A stretch of DNA of 60,000 bases from Felis catus (taxonomy: Eukaryota), in the NCBI RefSeq assembly GCF_018350175.1, contig NC_058369.1, positions 9,426,001 to 9,486,000 of the forward strand, written 5' to 3'. Position numbers and translations under genes: made by a program. Below are positions 1-12,990 of this stretch, piece by piece. The first letter of the stretch is position 1, and each line of letters opens with the position of its first letter. The notes below the pieces were generated by a model. The model was not told the DNA's origin. It saw nothing but the letters and a program-made list of their open reading frames with translations, and made no database searches.

Positions 1-125
1 TGTGCTGACAGCTCGGAGCCCGGAGCCTGCTTCGGAGCCTGTGTCTCCCTCTCTCTCTGTCCCTCCCCCACTCGTGTCCTGTCTCTCTCTCCTTCAAAAA
101 TAAATAAACATTAAAAAAATTAAAA
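1..125 (+). mobile_element. Can-SINE (SINEC_Fc-like) 3' part
   Basis: gagcctgcttcgga..tgtgtctccctctctctct, CT tract, aataaataaa A-tail. Confidence 0.9.
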
Positions 126-734
126 CAAGGAACAAAAAGCAGAGAAGAAAAAAGGAATGAGGGGAGTGGGGGAGGAGCAGGCCAGGTGGTCAGGGGAATC
201 AACTTCTGGAGAACTGAGGGGTTGTGAGTTCGAGCTCCCACGCTGCGTGTGGAGATTACTCAAAAATAAAATCTTATCAAAAAAAAAAAAAATTCCGGAG
301 AACCGAATTAAGTCGGACAAGAGGAAATCAAGGAAACCGAGAGACCAATAAATCAGGTTTGACTCTCTCGGATGTGCCGATCCTTTGCCCTGTGCAAATG
401 ACAATTTCCTGTGGCTCGGTTTACTCCAAGCAGGTGCTCGGGCTCATTTATCCCAGGGGAACGCAGATCAAAGTCCCAGAGAGCCTCTGCGTCATACCCA
501 CCAGGTCGGCCAAAGGAGTCTCCAGGCCCCAGGGTTGACAAGCCTGGGCAGCGGGGGGGTGGGGGGGGGCACGAGGTTGGGTGACAGAAGAGAGGCACAG
601 AATTATTCCATCTGTTTTCGTGTCAGAAATGAGCAACAACACCCAGCTCTAGCGCCTAAGGGTGCCCAAGCCGGTGGGAAAATTAGAGTAGCTAAGCTCC
701 TTCCAGAAGGGAGGTCCCTTCTGGTTACCGCTAG

Positions 735-900
735 GGTTGGGTTATCCAGCGTGGACCCTTGGGGCTGGCGCATTCCCCTCGCGGGGGCTGCCCTGTGCCC
801 CTGAGGGGGCCGAGCACCCCTCTGGATGCCAGTAGCACCCCGTCTGCCCACCCCGAGTCGTGACAACCCAAATGTGTCTCCAGACGTCCCCGGATGTGAA
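735..900 (+). mobile_element. MER20-like hAT-Charlie MITE fragment
   Basis: gggctgccctgtgc...gatgccagtagcaccc...gtgacaacccaaatgtgtctccagac resembles MER20. Confidence 0.65.
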
Positions 901-2037
901 CCCTGACTTCAGAGGGAGGGAAAGGGGGCACTGAGGAGATGTGCCCGGTGTGGGGGGTGGTTTTGTTTCACTTCCTGCCCCGTTGGGGGGGGGGTCCCCG
1001 GGCATCAGCTGGCCGTGTGGGGCCACAGCGCCCTTGAAGAGGGGAGGGCTTCGAGGAGAGAAGTTTCAATTGCAAGATGCAGCAGGCAGGGGCCGGGATA
1101 AGGCTTTGCAGACGCCCCATGGGGCTGGTCCGAGCCCCGCCGGGCTCCCTCAGGTCCAGGAACCGCAGCGGTACCCCTGCCAGTGACAGAGCCTTCTCTG
1201 ACCCCCTAGAGTCTGCAGGGGGGTTGCTGACTGCTCCTGGGACACCCCCTCCCGGGCCTGGCTCCCTGCAGTCCCCGGGGGTGGGGAGAGCTGGCCGTAG
1301 ATAACAGAGCGCAGCCTCAGCCCTGCCCTGGTGTTCGTTTCTTCCGGGAGCCGTGTTCTAATTATTTCCTTCCAGCTCCCCCCTCGGGTCCCCAGGGGCC
1401 CTGCCAGGCCTGCAAAGGAAGGGAAAGTGCAAGGTAAGCTGTTGTCGGGCAGGCTTGATTTATGGGGCTTGCCAGCCTCACCAGGCTCCTAACCTACTTA
1501 GCGAGGGCGGCAGGGCCTGGCTCCCAGCGGAAAATGTGCCCCTGGCTCCGGGCAGGGGGGCAGCGATGGGGGTGGGGGGGGGCAGGAAGGAGCTGGGGAA
1601 GGAGGTTCTGCCACCGGTGTGGAATCTGCCAGGCCCTCGCTTCTCAGTGCCTCACTTTCCCCTCTCAACCACAGGCACGCGCCCATTCTTGCTGGGCAGG
1701 ACTTAAGGGGAGCCATGCGCACAGTAGGTGCTCAAAAAACGGACACGGTTGAGGGAAGCAGAAGGAGCGACAGGGGAGGCAGCATTGGGATTCTGCCGTG
1801 TGATCTCGGCCAGGTCACTGAACCTGCCCGAGCCTCAGTTTCACCACCTGTCCAATGGGGATACCTGGGAGAGCTTACATGCCAAGTGCCGGGGCTTGTG
1901 CTCTGAACACAACCACCCCTCAGTTATCAGGAACCGATGGCAGACCCTGCGCCCCTAAAAGGAGAGCCTTGTAGCTCTCCAAACAGCTGAAAGTGTAGCC
2001 TGTGTTTCTGCGTCAAAAGAGTTCTTTCTTTCACGGT

Positions 2038-2240
2038 TCCTGGGCGTCTCAGTCGGCTAAGCGTCCGACTCCGGCTCAGGTCACGATCTCACGGTTCCTG
2101 GGTTCCAGCCCCTCGTCGGGCTCTGTGCTGATGGCTCAGAGCCCGGAGCCGGCTTCGAGGTCTGTGTCTCCCTCTCTCTCTGTCCCTCCCCCACTGGCTC
2201 TCTCTCTCTCCCCCTAAAAATAAACAAGCATTAAAAAAAA
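2038..2240 (+). mobile_element. Can-SINE
   Basis: ctcagtcggctaagcgtccgact..gctcaggtcacgatctc tRNA-like head, CT tract, A-tail. Confidence 0.92.
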
Positions 2241-2390
2241 GCAGCGTCCTTTCTTTCAAAGCTCGTGTCAAAGCCAAGATCAAAGCCAAGAAGTCTGTTG
2301 GGTGAGGCCCGGCGGCCGAGGGGATACCTGTGGAGCACCTGTGCCTGGGTACTCCCTACGTTCCAGGCAGAGGGTGTGCACCCCCACCTA

Positions 2391-2828
<438 letters not shown>

Positions 2829-3190
2829 TCAGACTGTGGGCTCCCAAGCCCTTTCCTCCTGTAATCTCCTTCTGTCACCTGCCACCACCTGAGCTCCCTG
2901 ACTCCCAAGGTTCTATACCCCACCCAGTGTCAAGATCTTCCCCCTGGGGGCCCTCTCGGGGGTTCATGGAGCCCCAAGGAGGTGGCGGGGGGGGGGGCCC
3001 TCGGCCAGGGAAGATAGTCACAGGCCCTGTGGATAGGTTCCTTTCACTTCCAAACAACCCTCTGGGAAAATCCTGATTCCCGGGACGAGTTGAAGAAATA
3101 CTGTTCTTGATTCTGCAGGAGACGAAAGGGTCTTTTGTGCATAAAATACCCTATGGTCAAACAAAATTGGGAAATTCTGGGTTAAACAGA

Positions 3191-3194
3191 TTTT

Positions 3195-3242
<48 letters not shown>

Positions 3243-3245
3243 TTT

Positions 3246-3277
<32 letters not shown>

Positions 3278-3307
3278 TTCTTTTCTTTTCTTTCTTTCTT
3301 TCTTTCT

Positions 3308-3375
<68 letters not shown>

Positions 3376-3377
3376 TC
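3191..3377 (+). repeat. interrupted (TTTC)n microsatellite, ~185 bp
   Basis: direct reading. Confidence 0.97.
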
Positions 3378-4232
3378 ATTAATTGAGTGACCTTAGGCAA
3401 GTTACTTATCCCCTGTGCCTCAGTGCCCTATCTGTGAAATGGCCGTAATAATGGTGCCTACCTTACAAGAATGTGAGGCTCCAAAGAGTTAATATATGCC
3501 TGGCACATAGTAAGGGCTCCAGAAAAATCAGTTACTGAAATGATTAATCGCGGGCCTCATCAGAGCCTTTGATGGGGTACTAGGATAACACGTAAGTATT
3601 TAACCTCTGAAGTGGAGCTAATAATATTAATAAATATGTCACAAAGTTGTGTGAAGGGCAGCAGGGCTGAGTGGTTAAGAACAGGGATGCTGGCGTCAGT
3701 CTATTTGGGCTCTCCCACTTGCTTGCTGTATGAACTCGGACAGGTGACTTCACCTCTCTGGGCCTCAGTTTCTTCATCTGTTAAATGGGCATACGCATAG
3801 TACCAATCCCATAGGGTTATTATGAGAATTTTTTTTTTTCCAGTTTGTAAAGCACTCACAACCGTGCCTGGCACTAAGTGCCACGTAAGTGTTTCCCTAA
3901 CAAAATAGATAGTTTCAACCAAATAAAAAAGGAAGCACGCAGAGTGAGACTCAAGAGCTCCAGAGGCAGGTTACGGAAAGCAGTTACCGCCCAATTTATG
4001 TGACGTGAGTTTTCTTGGTCAGGAAGCACTTTGAGGGACCAGGGTGTCAAGGAATAGCCTTTGGAAAAACGCAACCCTCCACAACCGCCGTGACACGCAT
4101 GTGGTAAGTCTCTCCCCTAAATAAACTTTCCTCCTCAAGGATGCCCAAGACAAAGGGCTATGGAACTCAGAGACCGTCTGCCTAGGATCCAAATCCTTGT
4201 GGAGCAGAGGTTAGGAGCCAGAGCTCAGGGAC

Positions 4233-4365
4233 CAGGGCCGCCAGGTATGACGGTACAGGTTGCGCACTGCACAAGGCAGCCGTGTCTTAGGGGTGCCTCT
4301 CACATTACAGACCGTGTAGAGTTGAATATTTACGACAAGGATTTCTAGCTGATGGCAGGAAAGGG
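4233..4365 (+). mobile_element. MER91-like hAT-Tip100 MITE fragment
   Basis: cagggccgcc...caggttgcgcactgcacaag...gatggcag resembles the MER91 5' end as recalled. Confidence 0.6.
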
Positions 4366-4590
4366 TCTTCCCCCCACCCCCAAATCAGTACTTTATGAGA
4401 AATTTCTCTCTTACAGGACTTAGGAAGACAGCATCCGTTTCTCATCTGCTCCAACACCCCCTATGGGACTAATCGTGATCTGGGAAGCAACTCTCCCCAT
4501 TACCCTGCATCTGGGCCTGCCCTCTGGCTTGACTTCGAGTGCCCCAGTGGGAGCCCCGGGCCCCCTGCCCTGGCCACAGGCCATACTCAC

Positions 4591-4729
4591 GGGTTGGTTG
4601 TAGAGAGGATAAACATAGAGCTGTAGGGGGGCATGGGCTTGGGGCCGTCTTCCCCAGGGTCGTCTTCCTCCTCCTCCTTCTTCTCTTCCTCCTTTTTTGG
4701 CAGTGGGTCTGGGTTGGCGTTTTTGTTCA
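4591..4729 (-). CDS. CACNA1A: CACNA1A exon 21 (139 nt) [46 protein letters not shown]
   Basis: cag|TGAACAAA...AACCC|gtgagt. Confidence 0.97.
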
Positions 4730-5534
4730 CTGTGGGGACAAGAACCAACACAGGGCTCCCTCCGTGGTTTCCCACAAGCCTCTGGGCTCCTGTCCGCTCC
4801 CCAGGGCTGACATTTATAACGTGCCTACTATGTGCCAGGCACCACGGTATGTCGTTGAATCCTCACGTGACCCTACGAGGTTTGTACTTGATAAGCTCCG
4901 TTTTACAGATGATGCAGCTGCGGCACAGAGAGGTGAAGTGACTTGCCTAAGGTCACACGGATTTCAACCTGGTCCCAGAGTGGTCCCTGCACTCGACCAC
5001 TCGATAGACAACCTTGAGTCTGGTGGGACCCTCACAGGATATTAACACAAACCTGCCCCCATCCCACCGGACTTCATTTGGAGGCAGGTAACCTGAGCCC
5101 CAAGAGCCCCGCTTTACAGATGGTAATACTGAGCTCTCTCTTCGTCAAACTGCAGGGTTTGCCCCCCATTAACCCCTCTCTCTTGATGGGAAGCGTCACT
5201 ACCCTCCTGAGCGTTGATTCTGCAGCCTAACCTTGCTAGGAGTCGGTGGGCAGGCGGAGTGTCCCTGAGCCTCAGTATTTCCATCTGTAAAATGGGTATA
5301 GTGACCAGAGTCACCCTGTGGGACTGTGGTGGGCGTTTATTAAGCAGACTCACGGAAATCTCCTACACAGAACCGACAAGTAAGAGGAACCATCTAGTTA
5401 CATCTAGTTCAGAAATAAGAAGCCCGGTGGGTCGTTTCTAAGTTCTTAGTGCTCCTCTGACCCCAATCGCACAGGGTGGGGGGTCTGGGGGTCAAAAACT
5501 GCCAGTCTCTCAAGGGTCTAGGCCTGAGCCGTGG

Positions 5535-5865
5535 AACAGTGGCTAGTCCAAACCACGAAAGGCTGTAAGTGTAAAACACACTGAATTTCTAAGACAGAGC
5601 ACAGGAATAAGAACGTAAAATAGACAACTAATCACGCGAAAAATACTGATCACAGGTTGAAATGGTGGCATTTTGGACAAATAAATAACGCTCTGGGTTA
5701 AACGCAACTTATTATTAGAGTTCATTTCACCTTTTTCTTTTTTCTTTTTTACATCACTCCTCCCTCCCTCCTTCTCTCCCCTCTTTCTTTCCGTATGGCT
5801 CCTAGAACGCTTCAAACTGCACACGTGGCCTGTGTCGCATTTCTTTTGGACAGCGCTGCTCTAGG
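5535..5865. mobile_element. MER3/MER33-like hAT-Charlie element
   Basis: gtggctagtccaaa...gtaagtgtaaaacacactgaattt...ttggacagcgctgctctag. Confidence 0.6.
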
Positions 5866-6182
5866 GAATCATGGGAGGCCCCCTCAATTTCCATCAGAAG
5901 GACCCATGGTGGCTTCCCGGCTCCCCTCTGGGAATTTGGGATGCAGGCAATATCGCTAAACCCTACCGAGTTGCACAGATATTAACCCTCCCGGCAGTCC
6001 CGTGGGGGCGGGACCCACGTCTATGCCCATTCTGAGAGGAAGAAACCGAGGGCAGAGAGGTCGGCTCAACTGTCCAGGGTCCCCCAGCCAAGCCTCCGGG
6101 GACTGGGCCCGAGGCGGCCGCTCCGGGGACCCCGGGTGCCCCGCCCGGTGATGTGTGGAGGCGAGGGGGGCGGGGGTCTCAC

Positions 6183-6646
6183 CTTGGACGACGGTGTGGT
6201 TGAGGGGGGGCGGGCAGGCCGGGGGGATGTCCACCGTGGTGTGGTCGGGTTTCCTGGCAGTCTTTGCTGAGTTGGTCTGTGTGCTGCTGGGGTTGGTGAC
6301 GATAAGGCTGTTCTCGGGGGTCTTGGGGGGGCCGGGGTCGGACGGGTCCCCCGGGTTGTTGGGCGCCCGGCGCCCGGCGGCGTTCTGGGGGTTCGCGGCC
6401 ACGGCGGGCGGTGCTGGCGCGGGGCCGGGGTCGGTGCTGTTTCCGGTCCTGGAGGGGCTCTGGGGCAGGCCGGGGCGGCCGAGGCTGTCGTGGGCGCCGG
6501 CCGACCCCGCGGTGGCCAGCTTGTCGTTCCTCATGTTGTCAATGTCCTCGGCCAGCGGTGGGTCCTGGCGGCCCAAGTCCTGCTGGATTGGCCGGGTGGT
6601 CGACAGGTTGGGGCCCGACACGGGGACCCCGGAGCCCTGGTTCTCT
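6183..6646 (-). CDS. CACNA1A: CACNA1A exon 20 (464 nt) [27 protein letters not shown]...PPLNHTVVQ
   Basis: cag|AGAGAAC...CAAG|gtgaga. Confidence 0.96.
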
Positions 6647-8074
6647 CTGTAGGAGGCAGGCCAACGAGAAAGGACCCGTAACGGAGTTAGAGGAATAGAA
6701 CGCATGTTCTGGACCCCGCCCCAACTTTCTGCCAGAGACTGCATTCAGCCTGTAGGCCCCCCATTAGCTCCTGGGCAGGACTGGGGCGCACGGTGTTTTC
6801 TGGCGTGGCTAAAGGAGACACGGGGACACCATCCCTCTAGGGGTACAATTGCCTCGTGGCTTTATACGCCTGCAGCATTTACGTCCCCTCCCCAAATTCC
6901 AGTTTGGGGGAGCACACGATACAGGCAAGTAAACAACATAAAAAATAACAAAAGTCGTAACAGCAAACGCCTCAGTAACACAAGCTCGCAGGTGCCGTTC
7001 TAAGCACTTGACTTCTAACCACCCCTGCGTCCTCAGCCCCGCGAGGCGTAATGACTGGCACCGTTTTACAGATGAGAACATTGTAGCCCAGAGAGGTTAA
7101 GTCTGTTGCCCCAGGCCACACAGCTGGTAAGTGAACTGGGTAATTTTTCACGGGGATACAGGTGTGACGGGCAAAGGGCATCCCAGGCAGAGGGAACCCA
7201 GCCGGTGCAAGGGTCCTGAAGTGGGGACAGGCTTGTTGAGCTTTAGGAGGCTGGTGTGGCTGGAGGTGGAGAGGGAGGGAGACGCGGTGGGTGGGAGTCT
7301 GGTGCCTCGGTTACTCTAATAATTAACACTACGCAGATGGACACGAGAAGAAAAGAGGCTAAGCGTTCGGGGGCACGGGGGGAGGAGACAGAAATGTGAA
7401 GGGTCCCGGCTGATTTTCCACCTCGGTGCCCTCTGGGACATCAGCTCTGCGAGGCAAGTGGTTTATTTTTGTCTCTCTTGTTCACAGCTGTGCATCCAGC
7501 GTCAGAACAGGGCCTGGCACCCGGCACACGCTTGGCCGATTCTCATCCAATGGTCAACCAATGCCCCCATTTCTCAGATGAGGACACTGCGGCCCAGAAG
7601 TCCCGCAGGCCCAGACCACCCATCGACCCCTGCCTCCCCCCATCTGCACACTCACCCCTAGCTTGCCAGACAACCCCCCCCACCCAGGAGCCGTGGCCCC
7701 AGGGAGGGCGGCTGGGGTCTAGGGCCTGTCTGGTGCCTCCTCGGCTGGCCCCAGCTCCGCCCGCCTGAGCCAAGTGCACCCGGCCCCCTAGTCTGCTCTG
7801 TTCACTCTCACACGCCCCCCTGGACCCTCGGTCTTCGGACGAGGGGCCTCATCCTTCCCCAGTCCCTGTGTGCCGGCCCCGGTGAAGTCCGTTTCCTGGA
7901 AACCCCAGGACATCTGTTGTTTATAATCTCAATGACTTCTCCCTCCAGAGGGTTCTACGATCCAGAACTTCTCTCTCTGGGGCTCCTGAAAGGCTGCCCC
8001 AATTCTGCTTACTGTATCCTCCACTGCTCCTCATCATAGCTCATCCGTGTACCAGACTCCACAAAGCAGCCCCT

Positions 8075-8235
8075 GTGATTCTCAGAATCGCTGTGGGAAG
8101 TGGGTAGTATTGTTAGTCCCATTTTACAGATGAGGAAACCGAGGCTGGGAAACAGGAAGGGCCTTGGCCCGGGGCCACGCAGCCACAGCCAGTTGGTGGC
8201 AGAGGCAGCTTGGAGCCCAGACGACAGGGCTCTGG
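8075..8235. mobile_element. MIR SINE fragment (one of many in the window)
   Basis: cccattttacagatgaggaaaccgaggct MIR core. Confidence 0.75.
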
Positions 8236-10115
8236 TGCCCATACTGCTAAACCCCTACCCGACACCCCGCTTCTCTAAGCAGTCTGAGATCTCCCCGAAG
8301 GCTTAGCCCAGCGCTGACGGGTGCGGGGGCATCCTTGGCACTCGCCCTCATGGCCAATGGCGTGAGCCAGCCCCTGGCTCCGTCAGCTCATTAACTTCTC
8401 AATCTTAGGAGGCTGGGGTCACGAGGCCTCCCATTATACAGATTCGGAAACTGAGTCCTGGAGAAGCCGAGTCGTAATAGAAAACGGTTTTCTCAGGCTG
8501 TCCCCACCACACGCTTGCTCAGGACACCGGAAGTGAGCAAGACACAGCACTTAGATCATCACACCGTTCGTTGACCGGCTGGGAGATCAGGAGCAATCGC
8601 AGGCACCACAACCCAGGCCCGATCTGGAAACGTCCATCCACCTAACCCTTCTTCGTTTTAGTTCTGCATGTTACCTTGCAAAAGTCCAGTGTTTTTAGGA
8701 GGCGGAAGGGCAGGCCCGGCCGGGTTTCTCCCTTCTCAGTCACGAGAGTGGGCCAGAGTGAGCTGGGTTTGAGTCTCGGCAAAGCCGCTCGCTCGCTGTG
8801 TGACCTTCTGGGGTTTGATTAACCTCTCTGGGCCCCGGGTCCCTTGTTTTAAAATTAGGAATATAGCAGCGGAACCTTGCCTGTAACTTGGGGACTACGG
8901 TGGGGATCCTAGAGCCGATGTGCCATGTAACCATCGGCGAGTCACTCAGCCTGTTTCTAAACGGTCACCGGGTGGGCGTGGTAACTTCCCTGAGTCGCTA
9001 TGAGGAACACACGCGTTACCGGGCCGAGGGCTGGGTTTTAAACCCACTGGGTTTAGAACCTGTTTGGGACCAGTGACCCTTCATCCTTCCCAACACCCCT
9101 CTTTTGGAATAGGAACGTCTGCCCCACGTCTGTCCCCCGACTGTATTCTGGAGGCAGGGAATCTGTCCTTCCAGTTTCCTATCCACAGAGGGACAGGGAT
9201 TTGGCCCCCAAATGGATCTTACCCAGAGTCTCACCCACACCTGACTTAGAGGATGAGACAGGATATCCTAGCTGGTGCGGTGACGGACAGGTTTAGACTT
9301 CTGGGGATGCTGGGATGGGGAGGTGAGTATATGCCGCCCATGAAATGCACACACATTTGGGCGGGGGGGCGTCAGAGGGCGGACGGCAGTGGGTCGAATG
9401 GTGGCCCCTCAAAAAATATGTCCAGATTTTCCTAACAAGAGAGAGCTATCCCTAGCACAAAGCAGGCTCGGGTGAATTTCTATTTCAAAGAGAACCTCGA
9501 TCCCTCGGCCACCATGTGAAGAGGTCACACTAAAGAACACAGCAGCTGAGACCACGGTGAACCTCGTGGGGACGTCAGCCTCCCGCCCGGGGCCGGGAGC
9601 CCCTTGTCTGGATGGAGGGGCTGCAGGCGTTCTGTCCTGTTTGGCTCCCTCTGTCGACCCTGTCTGCTGTGGAGCCTTCCTTCCGAGCTCAGCCTGCAAG
9701 GCCACCGCACATCGATCTCCAAGGAGAACTCAAAAGGGGCAGAAAACTTTGAAGTCAGGCCCCTTCCCCCTTCCCTCTTGGGGACGTGCATCATCTGCCC
9801 GGAATAGGCAGCCGGTTGCATAACCCCGTCTGCACCGCGTGCCTCTGCCAGCTAATCACTTCAGCATCCTTCTGCCAGGGGCGATGGCCACCTTGCCCGG
9901 GGCGTGCTCAGGCCCCCAGGAGCAGAGGACGGTCCTGCTTCCCTGGGTCACCAGGCTCTAATCCCCACAACCACCTCTGCTGGAGGTGGGACTAGCATCA
10001 GGCCCATGTTACAGGTGAGGAAACTGAGGCACGGAGAGGCAAAGGCATTTGGCAGGTGTCCCCCAGCTGGGAAAGGGCTGGGCTGGACTCTGGTTCTACA
10101 GATAAAAAAAAAAAA

Positions 10116-10145
10116 GTCTATTTATTTATTTTGAGAGGGGGGAGG

Positions 10146-10194
<49 letters not shown>

Positions 10195-10316
10195 ATCCCC
10201 AAAACTCCACGTTCAGCGCAGAGCCTGACTCGGGCCTCGACCCCACGACCCTGGGATCATGACCTAAGCCAAAATCAAGAGTCAGACGCTTAACTGACTG
10301 AGACACCCAGGCGCCT
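10116..10316 (-). mobile_element. Can-SINE with expanded (GA)n
   Basis: reverse-complement SINE ending gacacccaggcgcc. Confidence 0.9.
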
Positions 10317-11125
10317 CTGGTCCCACAGATTTTAAGCTACGGCACCACTTGGTGAAGAAAATGTTGCAGTGGACAGCCTGGGGGCATGGAATGGGGGTGC
10401 TGGAGCCGCTGGCTAAGGCTCACTGGGGGTGCTGTAAGATCAGGGCGTTAATGGATGGAGCGCCCCTCTTCTCCCCACGCAGGACAGACTGTGGGGCTCA
10501 GCGGTCCCGGATGTCTCCTTGCTCTTCCTGGGGTCTGGGTTTCATGGTGATGGGAGGGAGCAGGTGGAACTATGGCACCGAGATGTCAATTCTGGGGTGA
10601 CACAGATCTGGGCAAAAGATTTCCCTGCTCAGCCGTGTCCAGCAGGAAGAACTGCCCAGGTCTGTGACCCACAGCGTTTTACCGGGAGTCAGGGAAAGCG
10701 CTACCTTCCCTTTGGTCACCCCGCGTGGGGGATCTGGGCACAGAGGCTACCGAACGATGTAGAATGAATGAAATAGAATGTGCTTCCGTCCACTTTTCAC
10801 CGGGATGAGCTGGGCGGGGGGCATTTAAAGCTGGGGACACTGACGAAGAAGACAGGAGGTGTAATTGGGGGAGAGACAGAAAGAAACAGAAAGGAAACAA
10901 TTCTATGTATAGTATCAATGTTTTGGAGAAGGAAAAACACAAGAGTGTGTCTGGGAAAAGGTCTAAGAAATGACAAAAAGGAAAAATGCAGGTGGCAGAC
11001 CCCTTAGGCAGGTCCCCTGGCTTGTCACCGTATAGAACTGAAATGCCTTTTTAGTATATCATATTCGTGAATGAATGAGGGTTTCTCTTTGCCATTCTTT
11101 TTTTTTTTGGTTTTTTATTTGTTTT

Positions 11126-11343
11126 TTAAATTTTTTTTTCAACGTTTATTTATTTTTGGGACAGAGAGAGACAGAGCATGAACGGGGGAGGGGCAGAGAG
11201 AGAGGGAGACACAGAATCAGAAACAGGCTCCAGGCTCCGAGCCATCAGCCCAGAGCCCGACGCGGGGCTCGAACTCACGGACCGCGAGATCGTGACCTGG
11301 CTGAAGTCGGACGCTTAACCGACTGCGCCACCCAGGCGCCCCT
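11126..11343 (-). mobile_element. young Can-SINE (SINEC_Fc-like)
   Basis: full-length and near-identical to copies at 12186, 24160, 27194. Confidence 0.95.
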
Positions 11344-11816
11344 GGTTTTTTGTTTGTTTGTTAAAGCACGTGAATGCCTCGTCTTGGATTTTTTTTCCTC
11401 TACAAGTGTCTGAACCTTCACGAAGTTTTATCTCCCATGAGCATTAGAACCTTTCCATAAGCCAAACGAGTAATGCCTCTCCTGGCCAGGACATCTGACG
11501 TGCCCATTAATAAGGGAGTAGCAGACTGGGTGCTTTGGTGGGGGGCAGCGGGGATGGGGAGGTACTTTCTGAGAGCAGGGGAAGCAGGGGCCATCTGTGG
11601 GATTCGGGAAAGCTGGGTTCTTATCCCACTGCTGCTATTAGCTTGCGGTGCCCGGGGAAAATCCCTTCCCCTCTCTGGGCCTCAGTTTCCCCATCTGTGA
11701 AAGGAAGGAGCTGGGGTGGTCACTCTAAAGGCTATGGATGCAAAGATGTTTTTTATACCTGCTGATGAGAAAATCCTAATGGTGTGATACTGATAACAGC
11801 AATAGCCATCCAGCTG

Positions 11817-12455
11817 ACCGGACGGCTCAGTCAGTTGAGCAACTGACTCTTGGTTTCGGCTCAGGTCATGATCTCACGGTTCATGGGATCAAGCCCCACA
11901 TCCTGCTCGGGATTCTCAGTCTCCCTCTCTCTCTGCACCTCCCCTGCTCAGTCTCTGCCCCTCAAAAATAAGTCAACATTAAAAAAAACAAAAAACAAAC
12001 AAACAAAAAAAACCCCCAGGCGCCTGGTGGCTCAGGTCATGATCCGGCGGTGAGGAGTTCGAGCCCCGCGTCGGGGCCCCTTCATGACTTTCTTTCTTTC
12101 TTTTTTTTTTTTTTTAAAGCAGGTTCCAGGCCTAGCTCACGACCCTGAGATCACGACCTGAGCTGAGATCAAAAACTGGACACCCGGGGCGCCTAGGTGG
12201 CACAGTCGGTTAAGCGTCCGACTTCAGCCAGGTCACGATCTCGCGGTCCGTGAGTTCGAGCCCCGAGTCAGGCTCTGGGCTGATGGCTCGGAGCCTGGAG
12301 CCTGTTTCCGATTCTGTGTCTCCCTCTCTCTCTGCCCCTCCCCCGTTCATGCTCTGTCTCTCTCTGTCCCAAAAATAAATAAAAACGTTGAAAAAAAAAA
12401 AAAAAAAAAAAAAAAACACTGGACACCCGACTGACTGAGCCATCCAGGCGTGCCC
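11817..12455. mobile_element. Can-SINE cluster; young + copy (12186-12417) nested in an older - copy
   Basis: TSD actggacaccc at 12175-12185 and 12418-12428. Confidence 0.9.
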
Positions 12456-12824
12456 CCTCCACCCCGCTTCACGACTTTCTAACGTCCCTGACACGGCCGA
12501 AAAATCTGCTCGTGATGACCTGCGTCTTTAGTTTCAACGTGACTCCGTTCTGCGTATCGGCGTATCTCGTATGCGTGAAATACACACCCCATCTCCCCAG
12601 AATGCGGCTACTGGACGCACTGAAGGAACGCCAGACCCGATCGCATATGGAACTTCACCAAGGGGCGTTCTCCACTTGGGAAAATCTCAACACCGGTGGC
12701 CACTCCCTCGTGTCACCTGAACGGCCCACAGCACCCGGAGGCAGCCAGCATTTCCAGCTGTCGCATTCCTGGGGACTCTGCACGCAGGGCCTTGCGTCAC
12801 TTAACTTTGCCCTCTGGACTCTTC

Positions 12825-12990
12825 TGGACTCAAAGTGTGGTCCTTGGACCAGCATCAGTCTCCCCTGGGAGCTCCTTAGAAAGGCAGAATCTCAGGCTGC
12901 ACCTGAGACCCAAGGAATTAGAATCTGTAGCTTAAGAAGATCCCTGGGGATTCGCGCACACATTCAATTTTGGTTAAGTGCTGGCCTAGT
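12825..12990. mobile_element. MER5-like hAT-Charlie MITE
   Basis: ctcaaagtgtggtcc..gaccagcatcag...ttagaaaggcagaatctcagg. Confidence 0.7.

Noticed and set aside
3191..3377. (TTTC)n as a splice-relevant pyrimidine tract
   Set aside because: It is purine-rich on the sense strand; a common felid microsatellite
11075..11413. Recurrent ORFs of the type ...QRETEHERGRGRERGRHR... / MAQSVKRPTSAQV...
   Set aside because: Translations of Can-SINE copies, not a gene family
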